Shown: in pieces, positions 52,283-61,189 of the stretch
Layout of the letters: each line of letters starts with the position of its first letter
How positions within the stretch are numbered: the first letter of the stretch is position 1
Origin: an uncultured Thermoanaerobaculia bacterium
GTDB taxonomy: Bacteria > Acidobacteriota > Thermoanaerobaculia > Multivoradales > CAZRFU01
Reading direction: 5' to 3'
Assembly: GCA_964599475.1 (NCBI GenBank)
Contig: CAZRFU010000008.1
Coordinates: 34,409 to 98,408, forward strand
DNA: 64,000 bases
Program-made: the position numbers and the translations under genes
Notes under the pieces: generated by a model
What the model was told of the DNA's origin: nothing
The model's database searches: none
The model's input: the letters and a program-made list of their open reading frames with translations, nothing else

Positions 52283-53398
52283 GTGACCCCCGAGCGCCGC
52301 ATTCTCCACTGCGACATGGACTGCTTCTACGCCGCGGTCCATGTTCGCGACGACCCGTCGCTGCGCGGCAAGCCGGTGGTGGTGGGGGGCAGTCCCTCAG
52401 GGCGCGGGGTGATCGCAGCGGCAAGCTACGAGGCGCGAGCGTTTGGGGTCCATTCGGCGATGCCGGCAGCCCGAGCGGTTCGCCTTTGCCCCCAGGCGGT
52501 GTTCATCCGCCCCGACTTCGGCCGCTACACAGCCGAGTCCAAAGCGATCTTCGCAATCTATGCGCGCTTCACCGATCGCATCCAACCGGCGTCGCTGGAC
52601 GAGGCCTACCTCGATGTCACCGAGCGGCTCGACCCCTGGGGCAGTGCCACGGCGATCGCGCGGGAGATCCGCCGCCTGGTGCTCGAGGAGCGTCGGCTGA
52701 CCGTCAGTGTCGGGGTCGGCCCCAACAAGCTGGTCGCCAAGATCGCCTCGGACTTTCGCAAGCCCGACGGCCTCACCGTCGTCCGGCCAGAACGCGTCGA
52801 GGAGTTCCTCGCGCCGCTGCCCGTGCGACGCCTGCACGGCGTCGGTCCAGCGACCGAGCGGGTGCTGCTCGAGCTCGGAATCGAGAAGGTCGGCGATCTT
52901 CGGCGCATCGACCCCGAGCTGCTGCGCCAACGCTTCGGGCGCCACGGACCGCTGCTGCAGCGTTACGCCTGGGGCCAGGACGACCGTGGGGTCGAAACCG
53001 ACCGGGTGCGCAAGAGTCTCGGCAGCGAAACGACCTTTGCCCTCGACCTCGAAGGGCTCGAAGCGATCGAGGGAGCGCTCGCACCCTTGGCCGACGACAT
53101 CGCCCAGGGCCTCGCCAAACGCGAGCTCGCCACCCGCGGGGTTTCGCTCAAGGTGCGCTACCGCGGCTTCGAGACCGTCACCCGTGCCCTGTCGTTGCGC
53201 TCCCCGGTCGCCGACGCCGAGACCCTGCTCGCGCTGGCGCGTCGCCTGCTGCAACGGACCGATGCCGCACAGCGGCCCGTGCGCCTGCTCGGAATCACCG
53301 CCACCCAATTGGTCAGCCGCGACGGTCCGCGGCAGCTCGATCTCTTCTCCACGCTCACCGCCGATGACCTCTCCGGGGCGACGATGGAGGAGCCATGA
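52283..53398 (+). CDS. dinB: DNA polymerase IV (Y-family)
   Basis: ILHCDMDCFYAAVHVRDDPSLRGKPVVVGG, SLDEAYLDVT, VSVGVGPNKLVAKIASD motifs. GTG start. Confidence 0.93.
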   Translation: MTPERRILHCDMDCFYAAVHVRDDPSLRGKPVVVGGSPSGRGVIAAASYEARAFGVHSAMPAARAVRLCPQAVFIRPDFGRYTAESKAIFAIYARFTDRIQPASLDEAYLDVTERLDPWGSATAIAREIRRLVLEERRLTVSVGVGPNKLVAKIASDFRKPDGLTVVRPERVEEFLAPLPVRRLHGVGPATERVLLELGIEKVGDLRRIDPELLRQRFGRHGPLLQRYAWGQDDRGVETDRVRKSLGSETTFALDLEGLEAIEGALAPLADDIAQGLAKRELATRGVSLKVRYRGFETVTRALSLRSPVADAETLLALARRLLQRTDAAQRPVRLLGITATQLVSRDGPRQLDLFSTLTADDLSGATMEEP

Positions 53399-54552
53399 GA
53401 CCGGCGCTCCTCCGGGTGGTCGTTGCGGTGGTCGTGACGGCGCTGATGTGGGCCGCGACGACACCCACGACCCACGAAGGGGGCTGGGACGCCGACGGCC
53501 GCCACTACGCGGCGATGGCCGGCGTTGAGGGCTTCTCGATCCACATCGGCCAAGTCGGCCCGTGGTGCTACCGCATCCTGACCCCCGCGATCGTCGCCCT
53601 GCTGCCGCTCGAGCCCATGGGAGGATTCACCCTCGTCACGTTCGTCGCCAACGTCGCCAACCTAGTGCTGCTCGATCTGCTGCTGCTCGGCGCCGGGATC
53701 TCCGGGCGCCGAGCACGCCTGGTTGCGCTCGCTCTGTGGACCACGAGCTTCTGGACCCTGCGGTTTTCGTTCTACTCCCCTGCCTACATCGACGCGCCGA
53801 CCATCACCGTCCTGCTCGCCGGTTTGGTTCTGGCTCTGCGGCGCCGATGGTTCGGGTGCCTGCTGGTGTTCACCGTCGGTGTGCTGCAGAAGGAGTCGCT
53901 CGCGGCCTTCGCGCTCGCCCCCGCGGTGATGGTCTGGCAGGACCAGCACCTCGGGTGGTTTCACCGACGCCTCTTGGCCCTCGGCTTCGGCGTGGCACCC
54001 TTCGCGGTCGCGTGGGCGATTCGGTGGGCGATCGACGCTCCCGGCTTCTCGACCTGGACCGTACTCGAGGGTGAGCTTCGCGCCTTGGCGTCGGCGGCCG
54101 GAATGCTCGATCTGACTGCGGCAATGTTCGCCGGCCTCGGCCTCTTGCCGGCTGTGGTCCTGGTCGGTTGGAGGTCGGTGCTCGGGCTCGGGCGCCGCCA
54201 TGCGGGCCTGGCAGTCGCCGCCGTCGTGGCAGCCTCGACCGTGGTCGGCGGCGTCGACAAGTCGCGGCCCTTCCTCTACCTGCTCCCTCTCGTCCTCCTC
54301 GTCGCCGCCGACCTGGTCGAGCGCTGGAAGCCTCCACACCGCGGGCTCTGGCTGTGGTGCACCGTCTGCGTGGTCGGCCAGGCAGCGCTCGCAGGCCTCT
54401 TCGACCCCACACCGAGCTTCGAGCTCTTCCTCACCCGCTTCGTGCCCGAGCACGCGGACTTCGCGGCCCATCGGCCATCCCTGGTCGCCGCGGTGGCGCT
54501 CAATGTCGTCGTGCTGGTCGCGGGTGTGTGGATTCGCAGGGAAAGGGACTGA
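53395..54552 (+). CDS. Polytopic integral membrane protein (GT-C-like or unknown function)
   Basis: 385 aa with about 10 hydrophobic helices. ATG overlaps the dinB stop (ATGA). No family recognised with confidence. Confidence 0.6.
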   Translation: MRPALLRVVVAVVVTALMWAATTPTTHEGGWDADGRHYAAMAGVEGFSIHIGQVGPWCYRILTPAIVALLPLEPMGGFTLVTFVANVANLVLLDLLLLGAGISGRRARLVALALWTTSFWTLRFSFYSPAYIDAPTITVLLAGLVLALRRRWFGCLLVFTVGVLQKESLAAFALAPAVMVWQDQHLGWFHRRLLALGFGVAPFAVAWAIRWAIDAPGFSTWTVLEGELRALASAAGMLDLTAAMFAGLGLLPAVVLVGWRSVLGLGRRHAGLAVAAVVAASTVVGGVDKSRPFLYLLPLVLLVAADLVERWKPPHRGLWLWCTVCVVGQAALAGLFDPTPSFELFLTRFVPEHADFAAHRPSLVAAVALNVVVLVAGVWIRRERD

Positions 54553-54568
54553 GGGACCAACGCGGCAA

Positions 54569-55110
54569 CCGCAACCGAAGCCGGAACCCAGACCCGGACT
54601 CGGAACAAGATCTTTGGTTCGGAGAATAGCCGCACCCTCGCCCTGCTCGCTGACCGGCGGTCGGTCGAGGAGAAGGGAGACCAGGATCCTGGGAGTTCCG
54701 GGATCCGGGAGGAGATCGTGCAGCGTTCCGGTGTACGGGCAGCGGAAGCGCCCCAGGTGCGCGTGGCAGCGCGCACCTCTTGGTGGTGTGCCCGTCGTCA
54801 ACGTCGCAGCCCGGATGGCGGGAGTCGACGAGGGTTCGCAGCGGTGTTCGAGCCGAAGCGCCAAGGCGTGAGGTCGTGTGCGAAGCGGCGTCGCGCGTCG
54901 CGCAGTCGCAAGCGGCACGGTGGCCGCGGCCGATTCGGCGCGCGCGCGTGCAGCGAGGCCAGTCAGACGGAAACCACCGAGCCGAGCGTAGCGGAGCACA
55001 CGACCTCACGGCCAAGCGCAGGCGAGCCTCTGACGGTGCGGTCTTCGAGCTTCGGAACCCGCTGCCGTGCGAGAACAGCTCGAAAAGCCGCAGAACGCGT
55101 GACATCTGGC
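54569..55110 (+). repeat. Mosaic intergenic repeat, copy D (about 540 nt)
   Basis: Collinear with copy C (see 34249-35020). Core at 54897-55030. Contains hairpin repeat copy 2 at 54756-54777. Followed directly by heptamer array 55125-55158. Confidence 0.85.
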
Positions 55111-55124
55111 GGGGTGAGCTCCTC

Positions 55125-55158
55125 ATACCCAATACCCAATACCCAATCCCCAATACCC
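55125..55158. repeat. Heptanucleotide tandem array (CCAATAC units, about 5 units)
   Basis: catacc caatacc caatacc caatccc caataccc, ending 22 nt upstream of the AAA+ ATPase start. Confidence 0.85.
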
Positions 55159-55179
55159 TCCCCATGGTAGCCTCCCCCC

Positions 55180-56253
55180 ATGACCGTGCCGACCCCGCGC
55201 GAGCTCGCTGCCACCCTCTCTCGACGGGTGTTGGGTCAGGACGAAGCCGTGCGCGAGATGGCGGTGGCGCTCGCGAAGAAGATTGCCGGGCTCAAGGTCG
55301 GCAACGTCTTGATGATCGGCAGCTCGGGCACCGGCAAGACCACCCTGATGCGGGCGGTCGAAGAGCTGTTCGCCGCCAAACCCGAGCTCGCCAAGGCTTC
55401 GACGCTCGTGCGTTTCCACGCCAACGTGCTGGGTGACGAGGCCGAACGGGGGCGCCCGGGTGAGGTGGTGCTGCGCCGCTTGATGGAGCGGGCGATCGAA
55501 GTCCTGGGACCCGCGGCCACACGCGCTGCGGTGGCGGAGCGGGTCGCCCACGGCATCTGTTTCGTCGACGAGGTCGACAAGATCCGCTCGACCGTTGGCG
55601 ACCGACCGAATGTCTCGGGAATCAGGGCCCAGGAGGCCCTCCTGACACTGATCGAAAACGAGGCGGTGCCGCTCGCCATGCCCGAGTCTCTTGGTGGCGG
55701 CATCGAGGTGATCGATTCGCGCCAGATCCTCTTCGTCTGCGGCGGCGCCTTCGAAGGCCTGCACGACAGCGTCTTCGATCGAGTGACGATCGGCCGCGAC
55801 AAGGGCCTGCTCAAACCCACCACGGTGGTCGAAGGCGGCCGCGTCGAGGAACGCCTCATCTTCCACTTGCGGCAGTGGCTGCGCGACGAGGACCTGTTCG
55901 AATACGGCATGACGCCGCAGTTCCTCGCGCGCTTCGATGCGGTGGTGTTGCTGCGCGACTTGGGTGTCGACGAGCTGATCGCGATCTTCCTCGACAGCCC
56001 CGACTCCGCCTATCTGCAGTCACGCGAGTACTTCGCCAGCCGCGGCATCCACCTGGCCTTGTCGCCGGACGCGGTGCGCCTGATCGCCGAAGGAGCCGCC
56101 CGCCGGCCTCGCCTCGGCGCCCGGGCGCTCAAAGAGATCTTCCGCCGCGTGATCCGCGACGACGAGTTCGATCCCGACGCCCGGGCGCAGAACGGATCGC
56201 TCTTCGTCGACGCACCCGAAGTCGCACGGGTGGTCAGTCTCGATCGCGCGTAG
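55180..56253 (+). CDS. ClpX-family AAA+ ATPase paralogue lacking the zinc-binding domain, GYVG pore loop and IGF loop
   Basis: Walker A GSSGTGKTT, Walker B ICFVDEVDKI, ClpX-like ILFVCGGAF and EDLFEYGMTPQFLARFDAVVLL, sensor-2 region GARALKEIF. 357 aa with no N-terminal Cys cluster. Confidence 0.8.
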   Translation: MTVPTPRELAATLSRRVLGQDEAVREMAVALAKKIAGLKVGNVLMIGSSGTGKTTLMRAVEELFAAKPELAKASTLVRFHANVLGDEAERGRPGEVVLRRLMERAIEVLGPAATRAAVAERVAHGICFVDEVDKIRSTVGDRPNVSGIRAQEALLTLIENEAVPLAMPESLGGGIEVIDSRQILFVCGGAFEGLHDSVFDRVTIGRDKGLLKPTTVVEGGRVEERLIFHLRQWLRDEDLFEYGMTPQFLARFDAVVLLRDLGVDELIAIFLDSPDSAYLQSREYFASRGIHLALSPDAVRLIAEGAARRPRLGARALKEIFRRVIRDDEFDPDARAQNGSLFVDAPEVARVVSLDRA

Positions 56254-56360
56254 ACGTCGGTCGCCACCGATCCACGAGCTCCACCGAGGAGCCGGGCACC
56301 GCGAGCCGCCGGAGGATACCGAGGTGGTGGTCTGATGCACGGGCCGCGGGAGCGCCCCAG

Positions 56361-56381
56361 GGTGCGCGTTGCACGCGCACC
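56361..56381. repeat. Repeated GC hairpin element, copy 3 (within the about 75-nt repeat 56326-56400); possible bidirectional terminator
   Basis: ggtgcgcg ttgca cgcgcacc is a perfect 8-bp stem, between the convergent AAA+ ATPase and giant-protein genes. Same flanks (gggagcgccccagg ... ctcttcgtgtgccc) as copy 2. Confidence 0.6.
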
Positions 56382-56461
56382 TCTTCGTGTGCCCATCACC
56401 GCGGGCGCCTGATCGCCGAGCCCGAGGCGACAAGGCACGGAGTCGTGCGTGCAGGCTTCGC

Positions 56462-59400
56462 CTAGGGCGCCGCCCCTTCTGCTTGCTCCCCCAACACGAT
56501 ATCGCCGACGTCGACATCCTCGGCCGCGAGCACGACCTCCGACCACGCCACGGTGCAGCAGTCCTCGGCCGCCACGCGCAGGCGTGGGAGCCGCACCATC
56601 ACGTCCGTGATGATGAAGGTGCCGTCGCCGGCGGTGACACTCGCTCCACCCGGCACGCGCACCGCAATGCCCTCGAGCGGCGTGCCATCGCCGTCCACCA
56701 CCCGTCCGCTGACGTCGATCTCGAGCACTGAGCCTCCCGCCGGCCGCAGCGCCAGGTTCGACAACCAGACCCCGTCGAGGTCGAGTCGCAGGGTGCCGGC
56801 ACCGGTCTGAGGATCGATCTCCCAGACTCGGTCGGCGGCCGCTGCCAACAGAGTACGGTGCCCGGGCCGCCAGGCCAGTCCGCCGATGGAGCCACTCAGC
56901 GCGACCGGCACGGTGCCGAGGACCGTGCCGTTGGCCGGGTCGAGCAGCTGCAGTGTCCAGTCGTCGCCCGACTCCCGCAGCAGCCAGAGCTGGCGAGTGT
57001 CGAGGTCGAACGCGAGCCCGGCCGAGGACAACGTCCCGAGGTTGGCAACCTCGGTCGACTCACCCGAAATTGGGTCGAGCACGACCAGGGAACTGTTGGT
57101 CCAGGCGAAGTCGAAGGTGACGCCCAACATCCTGCCGTCAGCCGGGTCGAACGTGAGGTCGAGCACACGACTCGAGAACACCGCCGGCTCGGACAGAGGC
57201 AGACCCGAGGACAGGTCGACCCGCTGGAGACCTTCACGGATCGTTTCCGGCTCCGGCTCCTGGCCCTCCCCCTTCAGATCGGGGCCCTGCAGGACGGCGG
57301 GCTGGAGGTGGGCGTACACCCAATAGCCACCTTCGAGGTCGAAGCTCGCCGCGATCGGATGGGTATCGAAGTCCATCGTGGCGGCAGGCGCCTGGGCTGC
57401 CGTGAGCGGATCGAGAATGGTGACAAGGTCCTCAGTGCCGGAGGCCATCAGCGGCGCCCCGACGACCACGTCGCCGATGTCGGTCACACCCCCCGGCGTA
57501 GCCGGGCCGAAAGCCGACCGGCCCACCAGCTCGACCCCGGAAGCCGCGTCGATCACCGACGCCGAACAGCCGAAGCCGGCACCGCCGGTGGGCAGGCCAA
57601 CGAAGCTGAAGGTCCCATCGACCGCACTCGTGGTGGTCGCCGAGCCACAGCGCACCGTGGCTCCGGCGCGCGGCACGCCGAAATCGTCGACCACCCGGCT
57701 GACCACGTCCGTGGGGGTCGCGGCCACCACGGTCGCCGTCACCAGCGAGCTGGTCGAGCGGCCGAGGTCGTCGAAGGCGATTGCCTCGATCTCGAGTGGC
57801 CCTGCCACTCCCGGGACCGGCAGCAGCAGCTGGTACGGCGGCGCGCTCAGAGTCGCAAACAGCACGCCCCCGCGCCACACCTCGACGGCGGTGACCTCGC
57901 GGTTGTCGGCCGCAGCAACGATCACCGGCACCAGACCTCCGGCGGCAACCTCGAGGGCATCGGACGGCTCGAGGATCACCACCGCAGGCGCCGGGTCGGG
58001 AATCACCTCGACCTCGACCGCCGGGCTGACCGTCGACTGCCCGAGGTCGTCGGTGGCGGTCGCTTCGAGGGTTACGGTTGGCGCCCCGAGGCCGGTGTAG
58101 ACCGACGTCCGCAGCGGCGAATAGCCTTCGTTTGCCCACGGGCCGCCCTCAACCAGCAGGCCCAAATCGACCAACGCCACGTCGTCGGTGCCGACGACCA
58201 GCACGCGGAAGTCGGAGTCTTCGATAAACGCCGCTCCTGGAGGCGGCGCTAGGATCTGCGCTGCAGGCAGGCCGTCCCCGATCGGCTGCAGAATCACCGG
58301 CTCGGACTGGGTCGTGTTGCCGGCGTTGTCGGTCGCCACGGCCACCAACTCGATCGGATCGAAGGTCAGGGGCGCCTTCACCAGGAAGTGAGCACTCGAT
58401 CGACTGGAGATTCCCACCCTCTGGCCATCGAGCAGCAACTCCACGCGCGCCACACCAACATCGTCACCGGCAACGACCCCAACATCGAAGTACCGGCGCA
58501 CCACAACCTGGTGGCCGGCTGCCGGGTAAGCGATACGCGCTCGAGGCGGCTCGACTCCGATCAGGGCCTCGTATTGGCCAATCCCGAGTGTCCCCGATCC
58601 GTTGCCATCGGTGCGGCCGATCCTGCCACCGGTGATGTACACGAAGCCTCCCGCGAGTGCGATGTCCGTTCCTTCGAAATCGCCTCCCAACCGCAGGACG
58701 TGCCGTAGGACCGGGTTCGGGGGATCGAGATCGAAGATCGGAACCGCCGACGTGTAGTAGTAGTCCGAGGTGAATCCCAGCCCACGATCGATGGCCACGG
58801 CGGTGATACCAAAGGCGTCGGTTGTCGAACCAATCGGTGTGGGATCCTCGGCCAACGTCACATCGAGGGTGCGCACGCCGCCGAGACCATAACCGGAGCC
58901 CTCCGAGGTCCACAAACGGTCGCCTTCAGCAACCACGCCGACCGTCCGCGAATGCCCATCGGCCCGGCTCGGGGAGCTGCCGACGAGATCGGGCGCAGAG
59001 GGATCGTTGATGTCTACGATCGCCACGCCCGCGCGATGGTCCGCGACGTACAGTCGGTTCTGGTCGACGGCCAAGCGCCGCGCCTCGCCTGGGGTGTCGA
59101 CGGTGGCCACCAACACCGGCGCACTTGGGGCCGAAATGTCGAAGACGCTGACTCCGAGGGTGTCGGCGACGTAGAGCCAGGGAGCCGCGGCCACGATGCC
59201 CCAGGCCGGCGCTCTCGTGACGGCTCCGCCAACCCAGGATGGAGCAAGTGGATTGCTCACGTCGACGACACCCACACCCCCGTCGCCGAGGGCAAGGTAG
59301 ACGAGGTTTCCAACAAGCGCGAGATCACGACCGTTGCCACGCGCGGGGAAAACCGGATTCGCGACGACGGTTGGGCTGTCCGGATCGAAGACATCGACGA

Positions 59401-61189
59401 CCATCAGTTGTGCGGTGTGGGTCGCGAGGTAGGCCCAGGGCCACACCACCCGAACTGCGTTCGCAGCGGAGCCTGGCCAGCTGACCCGTCCGCGCGGCCG
59501 CGGCACGAAGACATCGACGGCAACCGGCACTGCGACCTCGATTGGCCCGTTGGCGACCCGCACCACCGTCGCCCCCTCGCTGCCGCCAAAGACGCGGCCG
59601 GGATCGCTGCCGAAGCTCGCGATCGCAAGGTCGTCGGAGTCGTAGGTGGTGCCGTAGGGTGGCGCGGTGGCGTCGAGCATGGTGCCGTCGATCAAGGTCG
59701 CCTCGACCTCGAGGCCGCGCGACGCTTCACCCCACAACACGTTGACCGTGATGTCGAGGCTCGGCGGGCTCACCGCCAGCTCGTCGAGGATCGGTGCCAG
59801 GTTCACACTCTGTGGATCCAGTGGATCGCTTGCGGCAAACACCTCCAGCCCGTCCGAGACCAGGTCGCCGTCAGTATCTCGCAGCAGCGGATTGGTTCCG
59901 GCCGCCACCTCGGCGCCGTCGTTCAGGCGGTCGTCGTCCGAGTCGGGATCGAACGGCCCCGTGCCGAGCTGGAACTCCTCGAGCGTCGAAAGGCGATCGC
60001 GATCCGGGTCGAGCAAAGCGTCGAGCGGGTCGGCCGGGTCGAGCCCGTTGGCGAGCTCCCAGTCGTCGGGCAAGCCGTCGCCGTCGGAGTCTCCGCCAAG
60101 GGTCACCAACAGCGCCAGGAAACCCGTCGCGCCGTCGTGTGACGCCGACACGATTGCTCGACCACTGCCGTTCGCGGTCGCGAGGCCGGTCGGCGAGATC
60201 GACACGATCGAAGCATTGCTGGTGGTCCAACTGGTGCCTTCGTGGGCGGCCACCTCCGATGTCGAGGTGTCGGGGAAGGTGATCGTCGCGGCGAGCTGCG
60301 AGGTTTCCCCAGCGGTGCCGAAGATCGTAACCGGCGCCGTGAGGGTGAGTGTTGCGGGCGACACCGCCGGCGTGTCGAAGTCGATCTCCGGCACCGACAC
60401 CACTCCCCGCGGCGGCACTTCGACGAAGTCCGACTGCCCATGGCGCACCGTGCCGTCCGGGTCGACACAGGTTGCCCGCACCCGGATCCGCCCCATCGTC
60501 GACGGCACGTTCGGCACCACCCACACACCTTCGGCGTCGACCGGGGCCGAGCGGTTCAGCGCCGAAACCGTGCACGTCGGAGTCAAGTCCGGCGTTGCGG
60601 TCAGCGGAGGATCAGGGAGGAGCGGATCGGTCCCGTGGGTGTCCACCTCGGCCCCATCGAGTCGGCCATCGCCATCGGTGTCGGCAACCAGCGGGTGGGT
60701 TCCGCGCTCGCGCTCCTGCCGCGTCGGAAGGCCATCGAGGTCCGCGTCGTCCAGTGCGAGAGCGGGAGTGAGAGGGTCGAGGCCGTGGGCTGTCTCCCAG
60801 TCGTCTGGAAGGCCATCCATATCGAGGTCCCCCGCCTCGCGAGACTCGAGACGGACTGGTCGCGACTCTTGCTGGGCGCCGAAGTGCGAGGTCCAGTAGA
60901 GCACCGCCAGCTCCAGGTCAGCCGCTCGAAGGCCGGTGACGGTCGTTCCCTCGATTGAGACCAGTCCCGGCGGTCGTGCCACCAGCTGCCAGCCGCTCTC
61001 GGCAGTCTCGACAGTCCCGTCGGACAACAAGGCCACGACCTCGACCTCGAGGCTCTCGCCGACCAGCACTCGGCACTCACCGCAGGTCAGCGTGACCTCG
61101 GCCAACCTGGGAGGGCTCGGATCCGAGTCTTGAGCTCCGACGCCAACGCTCAGCACCAGGGCCGCGATGAAAGCGATGCGCCGGCTCAT
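56462..61189 (-). CDS. Giant secreted/surface protein (1575 aa) with TSP3-type calcium-binding repeats, Ig-like domains, LVIVD beta-propeller repeats and carboxypeptidase-regulatory-like domains
   Basis: Signal peptide MSRRIAFIAALVLSVGVGAQ. D-rich TSP3 motifs (DLDMDGLPDDWE, DTDGDGRLDGAEV, DSDGDGLPDDWE, DSDDDRLNDG). LVIVD-type blades (LYVADHRAGVAIVDINDPSAP, LALGDGGVGVVDVSNPLAP). Confidence 0.85.
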   Translation of the reverse strand: MSRRIAFIAALVLSVGVGAQDSDPSPPRLAEVTLTCGECRVLVGESLEVEVVALLSDGTVETAESGWQLVARPPGLVSIEGTTVTGLRAADLELAVLYWTSHFGAQQESRPVRLESREAGDLDMDGLPDDWETAHGLDPLTPALALDDADLDGLPTRQERERGTHPLVADTDGDGRLDGAEVDTHGTDPLLPDPPLTATPDLTPTCTVSALNRSAPVDAEGVWVVPNVPSTMGRIRVRATCVDPDGTVRHGQSDFVEVPPRGVVSVPEIDFDTPAVSPATLTLTAPVTIFGTAGETSQLAATITFPDTSTSEVAAHEGTSWTTSNASIVSISPTGLATANGSGRAIVSASHDGATGFLALLVTLGGDSDGDGLPDDWELANGLDPADPLDALLDPDRDRLSTLEEFQLGTGPFDPDSDDDRLNDGAEVAAGTNPLLRDTDGDLVSDGLEVFAASDPLDPQSVNLAPILDELAVSPPSLDITVNVLWGEASRGLEVEATLIDGTMLDATAPPYGTTYDSDDLAIASFGSDPGRVFGGSEGATVVRVANGPIEVAVPVAVDVFVPRPRGRVSWPGSAANAVRVVWPWAYLATHTAQLMVVDVFDPDSPTVVANPVFPARGNGRDLALVGNLVYLALGDGGVGVVDVSNPLAPSWVGGAVTRAPAWGIVAAAPWLYVADTLGVSVFDISAPSAPVLVATVDTPGEARRLAVDQNRLYVADHRAGVAIVDINDPSAPDLVGSSPSRADGHSRTVGVVAEGDRLWTSEGSGYGLGGVRTLDVTLAEDPTPIGSTTDAFGITAVAIDRGLGFTSDYYYTSAVPIFDLDPPNPVLRHVLRLGGDFEGTDIALAGGFVYITGGRIGRTDGNGSGTLGIGQYEALIGVEPPRARIAYPAAGHQVVVRRYFDVGVVAGDDVGVARVELLLDGQRVGISSRSSAHFLVKAPLTFDPIELVAVATDNAGNTTQSEPVILQPIGDGLPAAQILAPPPGAAFIEDSDFRVLVVGTDDVALVDLGLLVEGGPWANEGYSPLRTSVYTGLGAPTVTLEATATDDLGQSTVSPAVEVEVIPDPAPAVVILEPSDALEVAAGGLVPVIVAAADNREVTAVEVWRGGVLFATLSAPPYQLLLPVPGVAGPLEIEAIAFDDLGRSTSSLVTATVVAATPTDVVSRVVDDFGVPRAGATVRCGSATTTSAVDGTFSFVGLPTGGAGFGCSASVIDAASGVELVGRSAFGPATPGGVTDIGDVVVGAPLMASGTEDLVTILDPLTAAQAPAATMDFDTHPIAASFDLEGGYWVYAHLQPAVLQGPDLKGEGQEPEPETIREGLQRVDLSSGLPLSEPAVFSSRVLDLTFDPADGRMLGVTFDFAWTNSSLVVLDPISGESTEVANLGTLSSAGLAFDLDTRQLWLLRESGDDWTLQLLDPANGTVLGTVPVALSGSIGGLAWRPGHRTLLAAAADRVWEIDPQTGAGTLRLDLDGVWLSNLALRPAGGSVLEIDVSGRVVDGDGTPLEGIAVRVPGGASVTAGDGTFIITDVMVRLPRLRVAAEDCCTVAWSEVVLAAEDVDVGDIVLGEQAEGAAP

